A DNA stretch of 64,000 nt, from positions 55,056,001 to 55,120,000 of the forward strand of contig OZ024744.1 in NCBI GenBank assembly GCA_964016885.1, read 5' to 3'. Positions 24,601 through 37,897 of the stretch are shown piece after piece. Position 1 is the first letter of the stretch, and each line of letters begins with the position of its first letter. Made by a program: the position numbers and the translations under genes. The stretch is from Eledone cirrhosa (lineage: Eukaryota). The notes beneath the pieces are model-generated. The model was not told the origin of the DNA. It did not search any database and saw only the letters and a list, made by a program, of their open reading frames with translations.

Positions 24601-27600
24601 ACAAGCAAAGCCGCTTTTTAAATATCTGCTAAATCATTACAAGATATTAAGTGTTAAAGAGGCATTGATAAATGTGACAAGTCTCAGGCAGTTTTAGGTG
24701 CTCTTTGATGACATGTGATATCAGGCAAGTTGATAATGAATTTGTTAAGTACTTGAAATTAACATGCGAGTAGTTGAGCATTCCACAGACATGCATACGT
24801 TCAACGTAATTCCCAGGGAGATTCAGCGTGACAAAGCTGACTCTTTAAATTAGGGGTACAACTCATTTTTGCCAGGTGAGTGGACTGGGGTAACATGAAA
24901 GTGCCTTGCTCAAGGATACAACATGCCACCGGGAATTGAACTCACAACTTTACAACCATGAGCCAAACACCCTAAACACTATGCCATGCACCTTCATAAA
25001 TGTGTTTGTGCAAGTGGCTGAGCATTCCACAAGCACATTTATGCTTAACATAATTCTCAGCGAGATTCAACAGGATGTGACAAGGCTGGCCCTTTAAATT
25101 ATAGGTACAACTTATTTATGCCAGCTGAATGAACTGGAGTAATGTGAAATAAAAGTGACTGGCTCAAGGACACAAAGTGCCACTAATAGTCAAATGCAAA
25201 AACTTACAATCATGAACCAAACCACTAAGCCACACACCTACACACACACACACATTCAAAATCATCATTTTATGTCCAGTTCATTTTTCCATATATGCAT
25301 GGGTTAGAGGGATCCTTCTCAACATTGTTCCCCACCAACTTATTGCATCCCTTGTCATATCCTTTGTGAAGTTCAGCTTCATGAGAATAGTCATCACCTG
25401 TTCATCCCATATCTTCCTGGGTCTTCCTTCGCTACATGAATCCATTGACACTTCATTTAACATATCTTCTTTGCCCATCACGTTTTACCACAGCAGCTTT
25501 AGATGATGTACCATGTACACAGTTAAGGTCTTGTGAGTCTAATTGCCCTGACCCACCCCAAACACTATGCTTCACTAAATATAGAAAAAAAGAACTCAAT
25601 TCGTATGTAGGATATATATTTTTTTATTGAAGAAATCATATCTTTAATTTTGTCAACAAAATATATCTATTTTTAGTGAATGTCTACATTTCCACACCTA
25701 TATTGAACACACACTAACACCCACATTGTCATTTCAATTTTAAATCTTTCAGTTATTTCCATTTTGTTATACTATGCTTCCATAAAGAAATGTTATGTTT
25801 TTAATGGTATCTCCAAACTCATGCGAGAGCCTGATGACTAGGTTACAAATTTGATTGCTCTTACAATCTGCGGAGATGGTCAAAATTAGGCCTTGAAACC
25901 TTAGATAGTGTCTATGTTCCATGTATGAACATAATATAATATATAAATATAGCAATTGTAAAAATATATATACAAAGCTCAAATGAATGTAGAGAATTAT
26001 ATATGATAGTAAATAATTGTCGAGTAGTTTCAGAATTAGTTCAATGTGTTTATACATTATTAGTCTGCACACACACACAGAGACTTGGAGGCTAGATATA
26101 GCAGGTGAAAGAAAATTCCAAACAACTTAGGCTATCTTCCCAATTTCAAGACTGAAACTCCCTTCGGGAGTGTTCAGGTAATGGGAAGCAAGCAAGGAAG
26201 ATAATTACTATAGATTGAGCTGGTCGTAGCTCTATGGAACAATCAAGAGGGTAGTCTGCCTATTAAGCCAACTTGATGAAATCAACAGAGATGTTTGGAT
26301 CTTATTAGATCTCCTCAGCGAAGCATAATCACTGTGTGTTAGCTGGACTATAACTGTTAGATATTGGAAAGGGTAAAGGAATAACATGCTGATTACAAGT
26401 GTCAACAGAGAGTGGTGTGAAAAAGGCCTGAGAGGAGCACTCTGCATAAAGTATAGGCCTTCAAATAGTCTGTGTGACAGAAAAATCCAGAAAAAATTAA
26501 TGGATAATAAAAAAAGGGTTTTTTTATGTGACTAATATATTTCAATGAAACTTTCAGTTGGACGCACGCACACATGTATATCATGACTCATACACTATTC
26601 ACTTCCCTGACATTTGTATATTATTCTATGTACTATACATGCACCTTTGACGAGTTGTAGTGCACCTGAGCACTGTACACAATAATTTCATTATTATTGT
26701 TAGGATTGGCAGTATCGGTAGAGGGTCGGACGCCATGCTTTGAAGCATAGAGTTACCTCCCTGTATGATCTGAGTTCAAATCCCGCCGAGGTTAACTTTG
26801 CCTTTCATCCTTACGGGGTCGATAAAATAAAGTACCAGTAATGCACTGGATAAAAGCTGGCCTTGTGCCAAAAGTAGAAACAATTATTATTGTTATATAT
26901 ATAAGGAACAAAAATCACTTAATGTGGCCACCGCTTTCTCCAGGCGGTACTGGAAGCTGGAGCAGGCCTTCGCAACGCCATCCCTGTCCATGTTGGTCAT
27001 GGCGTCCTGGATAGCTGCCTTGAGAGCCTCCTTGGTGTTGTAGGGCCTGCTGTTCACCTCCCTCTTCAAGACTCCCCACACAAAGTAGTTGAGAGGATTA
27101 CAATCTGGCAATATGGGGAAGCTATAAGTCGTGTGACCAGTGGTACGGAATGTTGGCATAGAACCAGGCCTGAGTGGTCCTGTTGAAAGATGTTGTAAGT
27201 CCCAATTGTTCGCCTACTGGTGCCCATTTCCTTGGCGATTTTCCTCATGCTTTTGCTGGGGTTTTCCTTGACAACCTCGGTGACAAACTTGGGCAGCCTG
27301 GTGGTACCAGAGTGCTTCTTATGAGTATTGTATTCTGGCCCGAAATTGTCCTTATCATCTAAGGCCCTATGTCTTTTCAAGGTCACAGATCATGGTTTTA
27401 AGGTATTTAAACCATTTAATGATTTCCTTGGCTTTGTGGCTGACACAAAGGCTCTCCAAAACAGCAGCTCGACAATTGTATTCTGAAGACGTGTCGATTA
27501 CTAAACACCTTATCTATCAATGGTCAGACATCTACATTCTAATTGCGCTCTCGAAACCTCACTATGCTGTGACGTCTCAGTACTGGAACCATGTAAAATC

Positions 27601-30053
27601 TCCAGATTTATCAGCGGCACACTGTATATGTTTATATGTATAGTAGTAATAATAAATATGACCAAAATCCAAAGAGGACTTGATAAGAGTAGTATATAGA
27701 GATATGCAATAATATATATAAAACCATAGGCTAAATATTTATTATTATTACAGCTTAAAAGTTTAAAACAATTTCTGCTTTCACCCTTTTACGGGACACG
27801 GACACACAGACAGAGAGTAGCTTCAAGACACAGGTATTTATATGTGAAATATGCATCATATTTGTCAGACATAACAATTACCACCAACCTATTCAACAAA
27901 TCTACTACAGCCAATTTTCAAAGTAACAAAATCTGATACGTTAACTTTTCGCCCCACCTACCACAGGCAAGTAAACTAAAGACAATGTAAAATGAAGAAA
28001 CATGTTGCTTGCAGAAGAATTTTACTACATGAACTAACAGACTAAATACTATCAATTTTGAGCATTTTGCCAGAAATAAATTACTGTGGCCAATGACTTA
28101 ATAATATTTACTTATTTGAGAGACACTATCATTTTCAATTGATTTTGAAAATAATCAAGAATTTTGTTTGGAACATAAAGGTTATTTGCATTAAAGTATG
28201 CTAAAACTTTTAGATAAATTTAAACACTTTAAAAGAAGCAATTTTATATTATAAAACCAGAAACAGTTTATAATATAACTAACATCCTCATTACTTAAAT
28301 TAAACAGATTTGTATCATAGAACCTGAGGCATTTTCAAGTGGTTTAATATGAAATATTCTGACATATCTTGGAAAAGATGATCTAACAAGGAAGGCGTGT
28401 TCAAAAGAACAGATGGGATGTTTATGCTAAAATGTCTTTCATTATATCATAGGTCAGCTTAATTATGGTTGGCCTAGGACTAAACAGCAACTGCCATCAG
28501 CACAAGCAACATAAATGCAACCTCAATACTAGATTTAGAAGAAATGTTCTCAAATAAAATTCTAGAATATAAACACCCATTGGCTAATCAGACATGCAGT
28601 GTCAGAAAAAAAGACAGGATGATCATGGTTAGCATATCTTTGATTGTAAGACAGTTTAGCTCTTTTGTTACCATGTTGCTAATGAAAAACACTATTTATA
28701 ATTTTCAAATCAGTTTGAAAATAATCAAAAATTTAGAAGGATTCAGTAATATAAATTTCTCATTATTTGAAACATAAAGGTTCTTAGATAAAACTATGAT
28801 GGACATTTTTTTAGATAAATATAAACACTTTAAAATGCACAGCATAGTAACATAGAACTAGGGACAGTTTCAAGCAGTTTGGTATCAAAAGGGTGAATAC
28901 AACAGTAACAACAACAATTAGAGACAATGCTGTTAATTATAGTTAACAAGATCATACTTAATTATCAAAATAAAGAATATTTTTAGCTATAATTATTATT
29001 ATGTTAACAAATGACATTATTAACAGACCAGTAACAGCAGTGCTATGAGAAAACCAACAGAAATTATCTAAAAATATTTAAAAAAAAAAAAAAGACCATA
29101 CTCAGACATAACTGGCCATGGGTTTTGTACCCACGATTGAATGACCATGGGTTTGCCTCTTTGAGAAGCAAACCTGGGCATGGCGTTTTGTGGAAAACAA
29201 CAGTCACTCGTGCATGTAAATAATCACTCTCCACACAACTGATGTTGTCCAAGGGAAAGACAAAGGCTTATATGGCTTGACATGACCACAACTCATTTTT
29301 GACCAGTAGAGTGAACTGGGGCAACATGAAATAAAGTTTCTTCCTCTAGGACACAATATGGTGCGTAATTTGAGAATCCAACTTACAACCATACAATTTT
29401 GTGTTCAGCAAACTAACCACTAAGACCACATGTCTTCAAAGAAATATCAAAGATTCATATTCACTGAATGATTTTTTTAAAAAACATTTTGTAAATTTAC
29501 AGAAAGAATTACATAAGATACATTATATATATATATATATAGATATATATATATATATATATATCTATATATATATATCATTTCCTTTTTCATTTTAGGT
29601 CCGCTTTTTTTCCCTGCTTGCAAGATATATATATATATATTCATAATACCATACTCTACTACCCCCAAGTATCGAGTACTCTGGTGAGTAATGGTCTAAC
29701 AGGTTTTTACTGCATTCATTCTGATTTTATATACATATGGGTGTGTGTATGTGTATGTATAACAGGAAATGCAACTTATCCAATATTTAAAACACGTACA
29801 ACAACCCAGTACCAATCCAGAGAAATGTAACATTCAGTAACAGAACTGTTTTTAATTATTCTATTGTTTAGGATAATTTATATGAATTTTAAAAAACGGT
29901 AAAAGGTAAAATTATGTGCAAGATCTAATTGCCGTTGTTTATTTAGACAGTGAGTTATGCATACACAACACTCACATTTCTGCATACTTATACATACACA
30001 CACACACACACACACATACATACATAAATATATATGTGTATCTATATCTATAT

Positions 30054-30088
<35 letters not shown>

Positions 30089-33000
30089 CATACATTTGTA
30101 TATATATATACAATGATATTAAATTAATGGAAACTATATTTATAAAACCATATTTATTCTATTTCAAAGGTACCAAAAAACTTTGGTATCTTTTCATCAG
30201 ATAAAATACAAAGAGTGTTTTATAAATTTTGACATAGCCAAGGATATAATACCTTATCAGTTGAATTTTCTTGGGTAGCCAAGAATAGAATAAATATGGT
30301 TTTATAAATATAGTTTCCATTTATTTAATATCATTGAATATTTACTCCAGAAATCTGTCGAGTGCTCTGAATCAGTTATAAACATTTATATTTGTTGTAT
30401 TTCCAACAAATTAAATATCCCTTCTACTTACATATATATATGTATATATATATATTTACACACACACATATAACATGTATATACATTATAACATATATAT
30501 ATACATATACACACACATACATAATCAGAAGAAAATAAGCAAATATCAATATTTGCAAGTCAATCAGAAAAACAAATAAGAAGTGTGAATGTACTCACTT
30601 TCCCTTTCTTTCCTCTTTGCACGTTTTCTCCGCCTGTCTATAGAGGCTACTTCAGTTTTAAGGTTCATGTACAATCTCCGTATTTGTTGTATTTTTTCCA
30701 TTAGGAATGTGATACGTTTCTCACCATCAAGGTCTTGAGCTTCTTCTACAACAAAGAAAAAATGTGTAATATTAACAACTTAGCATCCCATCATAATGAT
30801 TCAGATGAAAATGTCTACCAATAGGTTTGTTAATTCAAATATTTATAGTATCTTTACAATTGGATAGATTGCTTTGAACATTTGCTGTATTAGACTACAG
30901 TAAAAACTTTAATATTCAATGTGATAGTCATAGAACTGTTTTGTACTATTCAAAAATGTCTTGTTCCATGTAGTACAGATAGAAGTAAAATGTTGCATTA
31001 TTAGAATAAAGACTTTAATTTCCCATGTGACCCAGCCCACACTGAAGTGGTCGTGTAGGTGTCATGACTAAAAGCACCCATCCCACACTGTAAAGTGGTT
31101 ATGTAGGAGACACGGCAGAAAGCATCCATCCCACACTGTAAAGTGGTTATGTAGGAGACATGGCAAAAGGTATCCAGCCCACACTGTAAATATGGTTGGC
31201 ATTAGGAAGGGTATCCAGCCGTAGAAACCAACCCAGAAACAGTCCCATATGAATAAGACATGATCACCTGACCCAACTTGCCTCTAATGGGACAAACCTA
31301 TCTAACCCATGCTAGCATGGAAAATAGACATTAAACGATGATGATGATGAGGATGATGATATAGTTGTAGGGTTATTTTGTACTCTTCAGGAATGTCTTG
31401 CTAATAGTTTCATTGGGAACAGGATGTTGAGAGTTAAAATCCTGTACCCCATGTTCAATTTATGTACTGCAATTAATTTACATTGAAATTCTAAAACATA
31501 CATTGCTATGGCTCACCCCCTACACACATACTCTTTCATTATTCTGTTTCAATCATTTAGATTGCGATTGTGCTGGGGTACCGCACTGGAGAGATGCAAT
31601 CAATCGTACAGGCTCATTGTCAGGTACTTATTTTATCAATCTCTTTTTGTTGAACTGTTAAGTTACAGGATATAAACAGACTAAACATACACATACATAC
31701 AACTACATTAAATACATTTCCATTATAACAGTATTAGTTATACTTACTCATTACTCAGTTATATATTACACCACCACTACAGCTATACTGTACACTGTAT
31801 ACCCCTACTGTCATATATAACACTACAGCTACACTGTACACCCCTATTGTTATATATAATACTACAGCTACACTGTACACCCCTATTGTTATATATAATA
31901 CTACAGCTACACTGTACACCCCCTATTGTTATATGTAACACTACAGCTACACCCCTATTATATATAATACTACAGCTTCACTGTACACCCCTACTGTCAT
32001 ATATAACACTACAGCTACACCCCTATTGTTATATATAATACTACAGCTTCACTGTACACCCCTACTGTCATATATAACACTACAGCTACACCCCTATTGT
32101 TATATATAATACTACAGCTACACTGTATACCCCTACTGTCATATATAACACTACAGCTACACTACACCCCTATTGTTATATATAACACTACAGCTACACC
32201 CCTATTGTTATATATAATACTACAGCTACACTACACCCCTATTGTTATATATAACACTACAGCTACACCCCTATTGTTATATATAATACTACAGCTTCAC
32301 TGTACACCCCTACTGTCATATATAACACTACAGCTACACCCCTATTATATATAATACTACAGCTACACTGTACACCCCTATTGTTATATATAACACTACA
32401 GCTATACTGTACACCCCTATTGTTAGATATAACACTACAGCTACACTGTACACCCCTATTGTTAGATATAATACTACAGCTACACTGTACACCCCTATCG
32501 TTATATATAATACTACAGCTATACTGTACACCCCTATTGTTAGATATAATACTACAGCTACACTGTACACCCCTATTGTTATATATAACACTACAGCTAC
32601 ACCCCTATTATATATAATACTACAGCTACACTGTACACCCCTATTGTTATATATAACACTACAGCTATACTGTACACCCCTATTGTTAGATATAACACTA
32701 CAGCTACACTGTACACCCCTATTGTTAGATATAATACTACAGCTACACTGTACACCCCTATCGTTATATATAATACTACAGCTATACTGTACACTACACC
32801 CCTATTGTTATATATAACACTACAGTTATACTGTACACTACACCCCTATTGTTATATATAACACTACAGCTATACTGTACACCCCTATTGTTATATATAA
32901 CACTACAGCTACACTGTACACCCCTATCGTTATATATAATACTACAGCTACACTGTACACCCCTATCGTTATATATAACACTTCAGCTACACTGTACACC

Positions 33001-36000
33001 CCTATTGTTATAACATTACAGCTATACTGTACACCCCTATTGTTATATATAATACTACAGCTATACTGTACACCCTTGTTATATATAACACTACACGGTA
33101 CACCCCTATTGTTATATATAACACTACAGCTACACGGTACACCCCTATTGTTATATATAACACTACAGCTACACTGTACACCCCTATTGTTATATATAAC
33201 ACTACAGCTATACTGTACACCCTTATTGTTATATATAACACTACAGCTATACTGTACACCCCTATTGTTATATATAATACTACAGCTATACTGTACACCC
33301 CTATTGTTATATATAATACTACAGCTACACTGTACACCCTTATTATTTCAGCATCATTAGTTATACTACTATATGACAGCCTCAGTGGATACACAGCAAT
33401 CTTACAACAACAACAACATATCTACACTTCAGTGAAGATGCTTGGCTTTGTGGTGAGATTGTTGGATACACGATCCTATGGTTGGAGGTTTGATTCCTGG
33501 ACCAAGGAGAGTGTTGTGTACTTGACCAACTTACTTCCTATCATGTTTTCCATGATGGGCCTCAAGCCAGCTAAACCAACCTACAAAAGTGTAAGCTACA
33601 ACAACATATTACACCTGCTATATACATTATTATCAGAAATCATTGAAATTTTAAACAGACAAGTAATAAACAAGATTTCCCACTGAATAAAAATTGAGCA
33701 GTAAATATACAAGAATATACACTTACCTAGATTAAAATTGTATTTAGAAGGTCTTGGAGGTTTTGATGTGATAGAATTTGGTTTAGATAATGGCGGGTGT
33801 GGCGACAAAATATGTGATATTGAAGACACTTCGTATTCTGGACTTGAAGTTTCAGCACCCTTGTCTTCTATACTATAATTTTCTTCACATTCTAAATTAG
33901 AAAGAAACAATAGTACTAGATATAGATTCCTTTTTAATAAGTATTAATACAAGTTCAAATGCTGGATGAATTGGATCGCATTATATAAATTGAAACGTTT
34001 ATCAACTGCATAAAACACATACTCAAGGGATGAATGGCAAATATGTCCTTGCCTTGTATAAGAAACTAAGAATGCAGAAAAACAAAAAACTTTCCAATCT
34101 TGTTTTCATATTTCTAAAGAAAGATACTGCTTGAGATTAATTTTGAAAATAATTAAGAATTTGGAAGGAATTAGTCATATAACTTTCTTAATATTAAGCT
34201 AGTGTTTGGAGCGTAACATTATAATGGAAGGTTTTTAAACGTTTCTATATTTCATGCCCTGTCCATACAGTAAACTAGTCATTTTCGTACCACAACAAAG
34301 AGTACCTGTTCCATACTGTAAGATGATCATGTTGGTGACACAACAAAAAGTGCCTGCTCCAAACTGTAAGATGGTCATAGTGACAACAAAAATTGCCGAA
34401 TCCACTCTGTATAGTGGTTGGGCTGGTGTCATGACAAAAAGTGTCCAGTCCACCCTGTAAAGTGGTCATGTAGGTGTTATAACAAAAAGCACCCGGTCCA
34501 CACTGTAAAGTGGTTGTTTTGGCACCACAATAAAAAGCACCTAGTATACACTATAAATGTGATTGGCGTTAGGCGGAGCAACCAGTTGTAGAAACCAAAC
34601 CAGAAACAGTTCTGTATGAGCAAGACAGTAATTTGATCTGATTGTCTCACAACAGGACAGCACATGTTAGCATGGAAAAATGGATGTTAAACAATGATGA
34701 TGATGAATGTTTAGGTATATTATATACAATGGCATATTAATGTAAAAATGGTAGCTATTGTATTAAATCCCACTAAACTCTTCATTATTTTCAAAATTAA
34801 TCAAAGCATTTTGGCAGTGTATTTCATTGTAAATATAGTAATGGAAGTGTTAAGAAATCTAAATATTTCAAACAGCTATGTGATACAAGCCCCAGGTTTT
34901 AGTGAAGTGACAGTCTAAATAATAGCAACAACTAGATGGTCTTTTTAAAATACACTTTATAAATTGAAGAGTTTAAACAGGAAAATGCTATTGTGACAAC
35001 TCCAGTCCTAAACAAATGAGGTCGTGTAGGTGTCACAACAAAAAAACACACAGTCCACGCTGTAATGTGGCCGTGTAGGTAACACGGTAAAAACCTCCCA
35101 GTCCACACTGTAAACGTGGTTGGTGTTAGGAAGGGCATCCAGTCATAGAAAACCCGCCAGACAGTCCTATACAAGCAGGACAACCAATCTTGCCTCAAAT
35201 GGGAAAACTCCCGTCCAAACCCATGCAAGCGTGGAAGATGGACGTTAAACGATGATGATGATGATGATGATCTACAACTGATTTTCATTTTATTTTAAAA
35301 ATTTACTTTATAATTAAATAAGGCAGCTGAGGTTGTCTTTCAAAATTTATGTGTATTTTAAATGTTGCAATATACATATATACTCGAATATAAGCTGACC
35401 CACTATTTTATGTCTGAGAAATGGGCAAAAATCGAAAATCAAAACCTTATTTACATAGAGTTTGAAGTTGGTGAAAATCAAAATATTGACCCAGAACCTA
35501 AACCAACTCCACTTCTATTGATTTTTTGGTCACATATTCCTTGGCTTATATTCGAGTATATACGATAATTGATATTAGTTAATCATCTATAATTGGACTA
35601 TATACACACAACAGCTGCAAACAAGCACTTTTATATACAAAACTATACAATTTTATGCTAGTAATGTAAACATACAACTAATATAGTTCAATCAGCTCAA
35701 ACTGGATTACAATACAGAATGATTACATTCCAAGTTTATGTAAGAATTTTTAGTAATTAATTCTCAGAATGTTGGCAGCACAATAAAATGCATCCAGTAC
35801 AATCTGTAAAGTGGTCGATGATTGAAAAGAGACAATGTAGGTTAGGGAGAACTCTTTAGCCCTGTTGTGTACTACAACCTCTCTAGTGTTGGTGCCAAAA
35901 TAAAATATACCCAATATACTTTGTAAAGTGTTATTGCTAATGCCACAAAATAATGCACCCAGGACACTCTGTAAAGCAGCTGGTATTAGGAAGACATCTA

Positions 36001-37866
36001 GCTTCAGAAACCATACCAAATCCTATGCTAACATGGAAAGCATGAGTAAAATGACAATAGTTGCAGGCAAAAAATAATGATTACTATCATATTTAATATA
36101 ATAAGGGATTTTAATTTTTGACACAAAACCAGCAATTTTCGAGGGGAAGAAAAATTCAATTATATTGACCTCACTATTTGACTGGCACTTTATTTTATCG
36201 ACTTCAGAAGAATGAATGGTAAAGTTGACCATGGCAGGATTTGAACTCAGAAAGTGAAAAGCTGGAAAAATACTAAGCATTTGGCAGGTGCTCTAATGAC
36301 TCTGGCAATCTACTGTTATATTTAACATAATAATGATAACAATGAATTGATGGGTATAATGGATAATAAACAGAGTAACCATGTCTTACCTGAGGGTTTA
36401 GCTTCTCTCCTCCTCTCTAAGGAAGTTTTGTTAGTTTTATTTGTACGCTTTTTCTTCTTTGTAGGAATATAATCAAGATCATCTCTTTTCCGCTTTGCAG
36501 TTGGAGCGACATCGTTGCTACTATCTGAACTAGGTATATTTCCACTGCTACTACCACAGCTGTCATTTGATATTGTGCTTGCATTGCACTCATGTGGAGA
36601 TTCACTGCCAGGAAGCCTGTCTCTATTGATTGTTTCATGATCATCATCATCCTCAAAATCACCATCTTCGTCTTCCTCATGATCAAGATCTCTGCACATA
36701 CCACCCTGATGTTGAGGCATCACATCTTCAGCATCTGATGGTATTAGGTCAGTTTCTGGAGAGTAAGGTGGGGTGTTTGAGATGACCACCTGTCTTTGGT
36801 TGTTTTTAGAGCCGCTAACATCCGTACGTGAACAGCTACCTGCAACATCTATACCGAAATCATCTACAATAGAGCGGACTGTTTCAAAGAGACAATGAGC
36901 CGAAGCCGAAGCGGATCCTGTTTTAACAGGTGGTTTCTCAGCAGGTGCAACTTCAGGACCAGCAGACTGCATACGAACAGCTTCTTTTGGAGCAATGCTG
37001 TATAGAGATTCAATATGAGCCTCAGACCTGGCATTGGCATTAGCAGCGGCTACAGTGGCTGATGCGGCAGCAGCAGCAGCGACAATCGTAGACGCTGTGT
37101 CGTTTGTACTAGAATATGTCTCTTTGTTGCTCTTCTTGCTCTCTTTCACCTTACTGAAAGTAGGTTTCTCTATTTTATCACATTTTTGCGATTTACTACT
37201 ACTTACAGTTACAGCCGTTACATTCTTCTTGAGATTATCCTTACTTTCAGGAACAGAACTTTCGAAATCTTCAGATTCAGCAGCTTTCTTTTTGATCTTC
37301 TTCTTCGCTGGTTTCTTCTTCACTATATCGCCAAACTCTTTAGTGGCCTCCTCATTCCGTTTAAACTCTTCTTCAGTTTTAATGTCAATATCTCTTATGC
37401 CATCGCTGGCGTACACTGGCCCCTGTTGACAAAGAGGGCCATAGTAACTGTATAAGTTGGGCTTTAACATATACTGCAAAGTGCCTTCGTCCAAAACACC
37501 TTCTTTTATATTACTCACTACGTTCTGTTGCTTCACTTCTTTACAATCTTTCCGTTTCGGTTTGGCCTTCTCTTTCTTATCAGCCGCCTCCTTCACGGGA
37601 AGAACGCCACTTTCCGTGCACGACAGAGTTTTCGGTTCAAATACCACTGGCGCTGATTGATAGATGTATGGGGCGATTATTCTCGGTAACTGCAACTGCT
37701 GTTGTTTTTGTTGTTGTTGTTGTTGTTGTTGTTGTTGCTGATGCTGCTGCTGCTGCTGTGAATGATGTAGTTGTGGATGTTGTGGTGGTGGCGGCGGTGG
37801 TGGTGGTGGTGGAAGCAATGGTGGTGGGACTGCTAATTGCTGTTTGTGTTGCTGCTGATGTTGTTG

Positions 37867-37897
<31 letters not shown>

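Noticed and set aside
31775-33345. CRISPR-like or repeat-protein reading of the 39-bp array
   Set aside because: Head-to-tail repeats without unique spacers, no cas genes, eukaryotic intron; the ORFs arise only from 39-bp periodicity.
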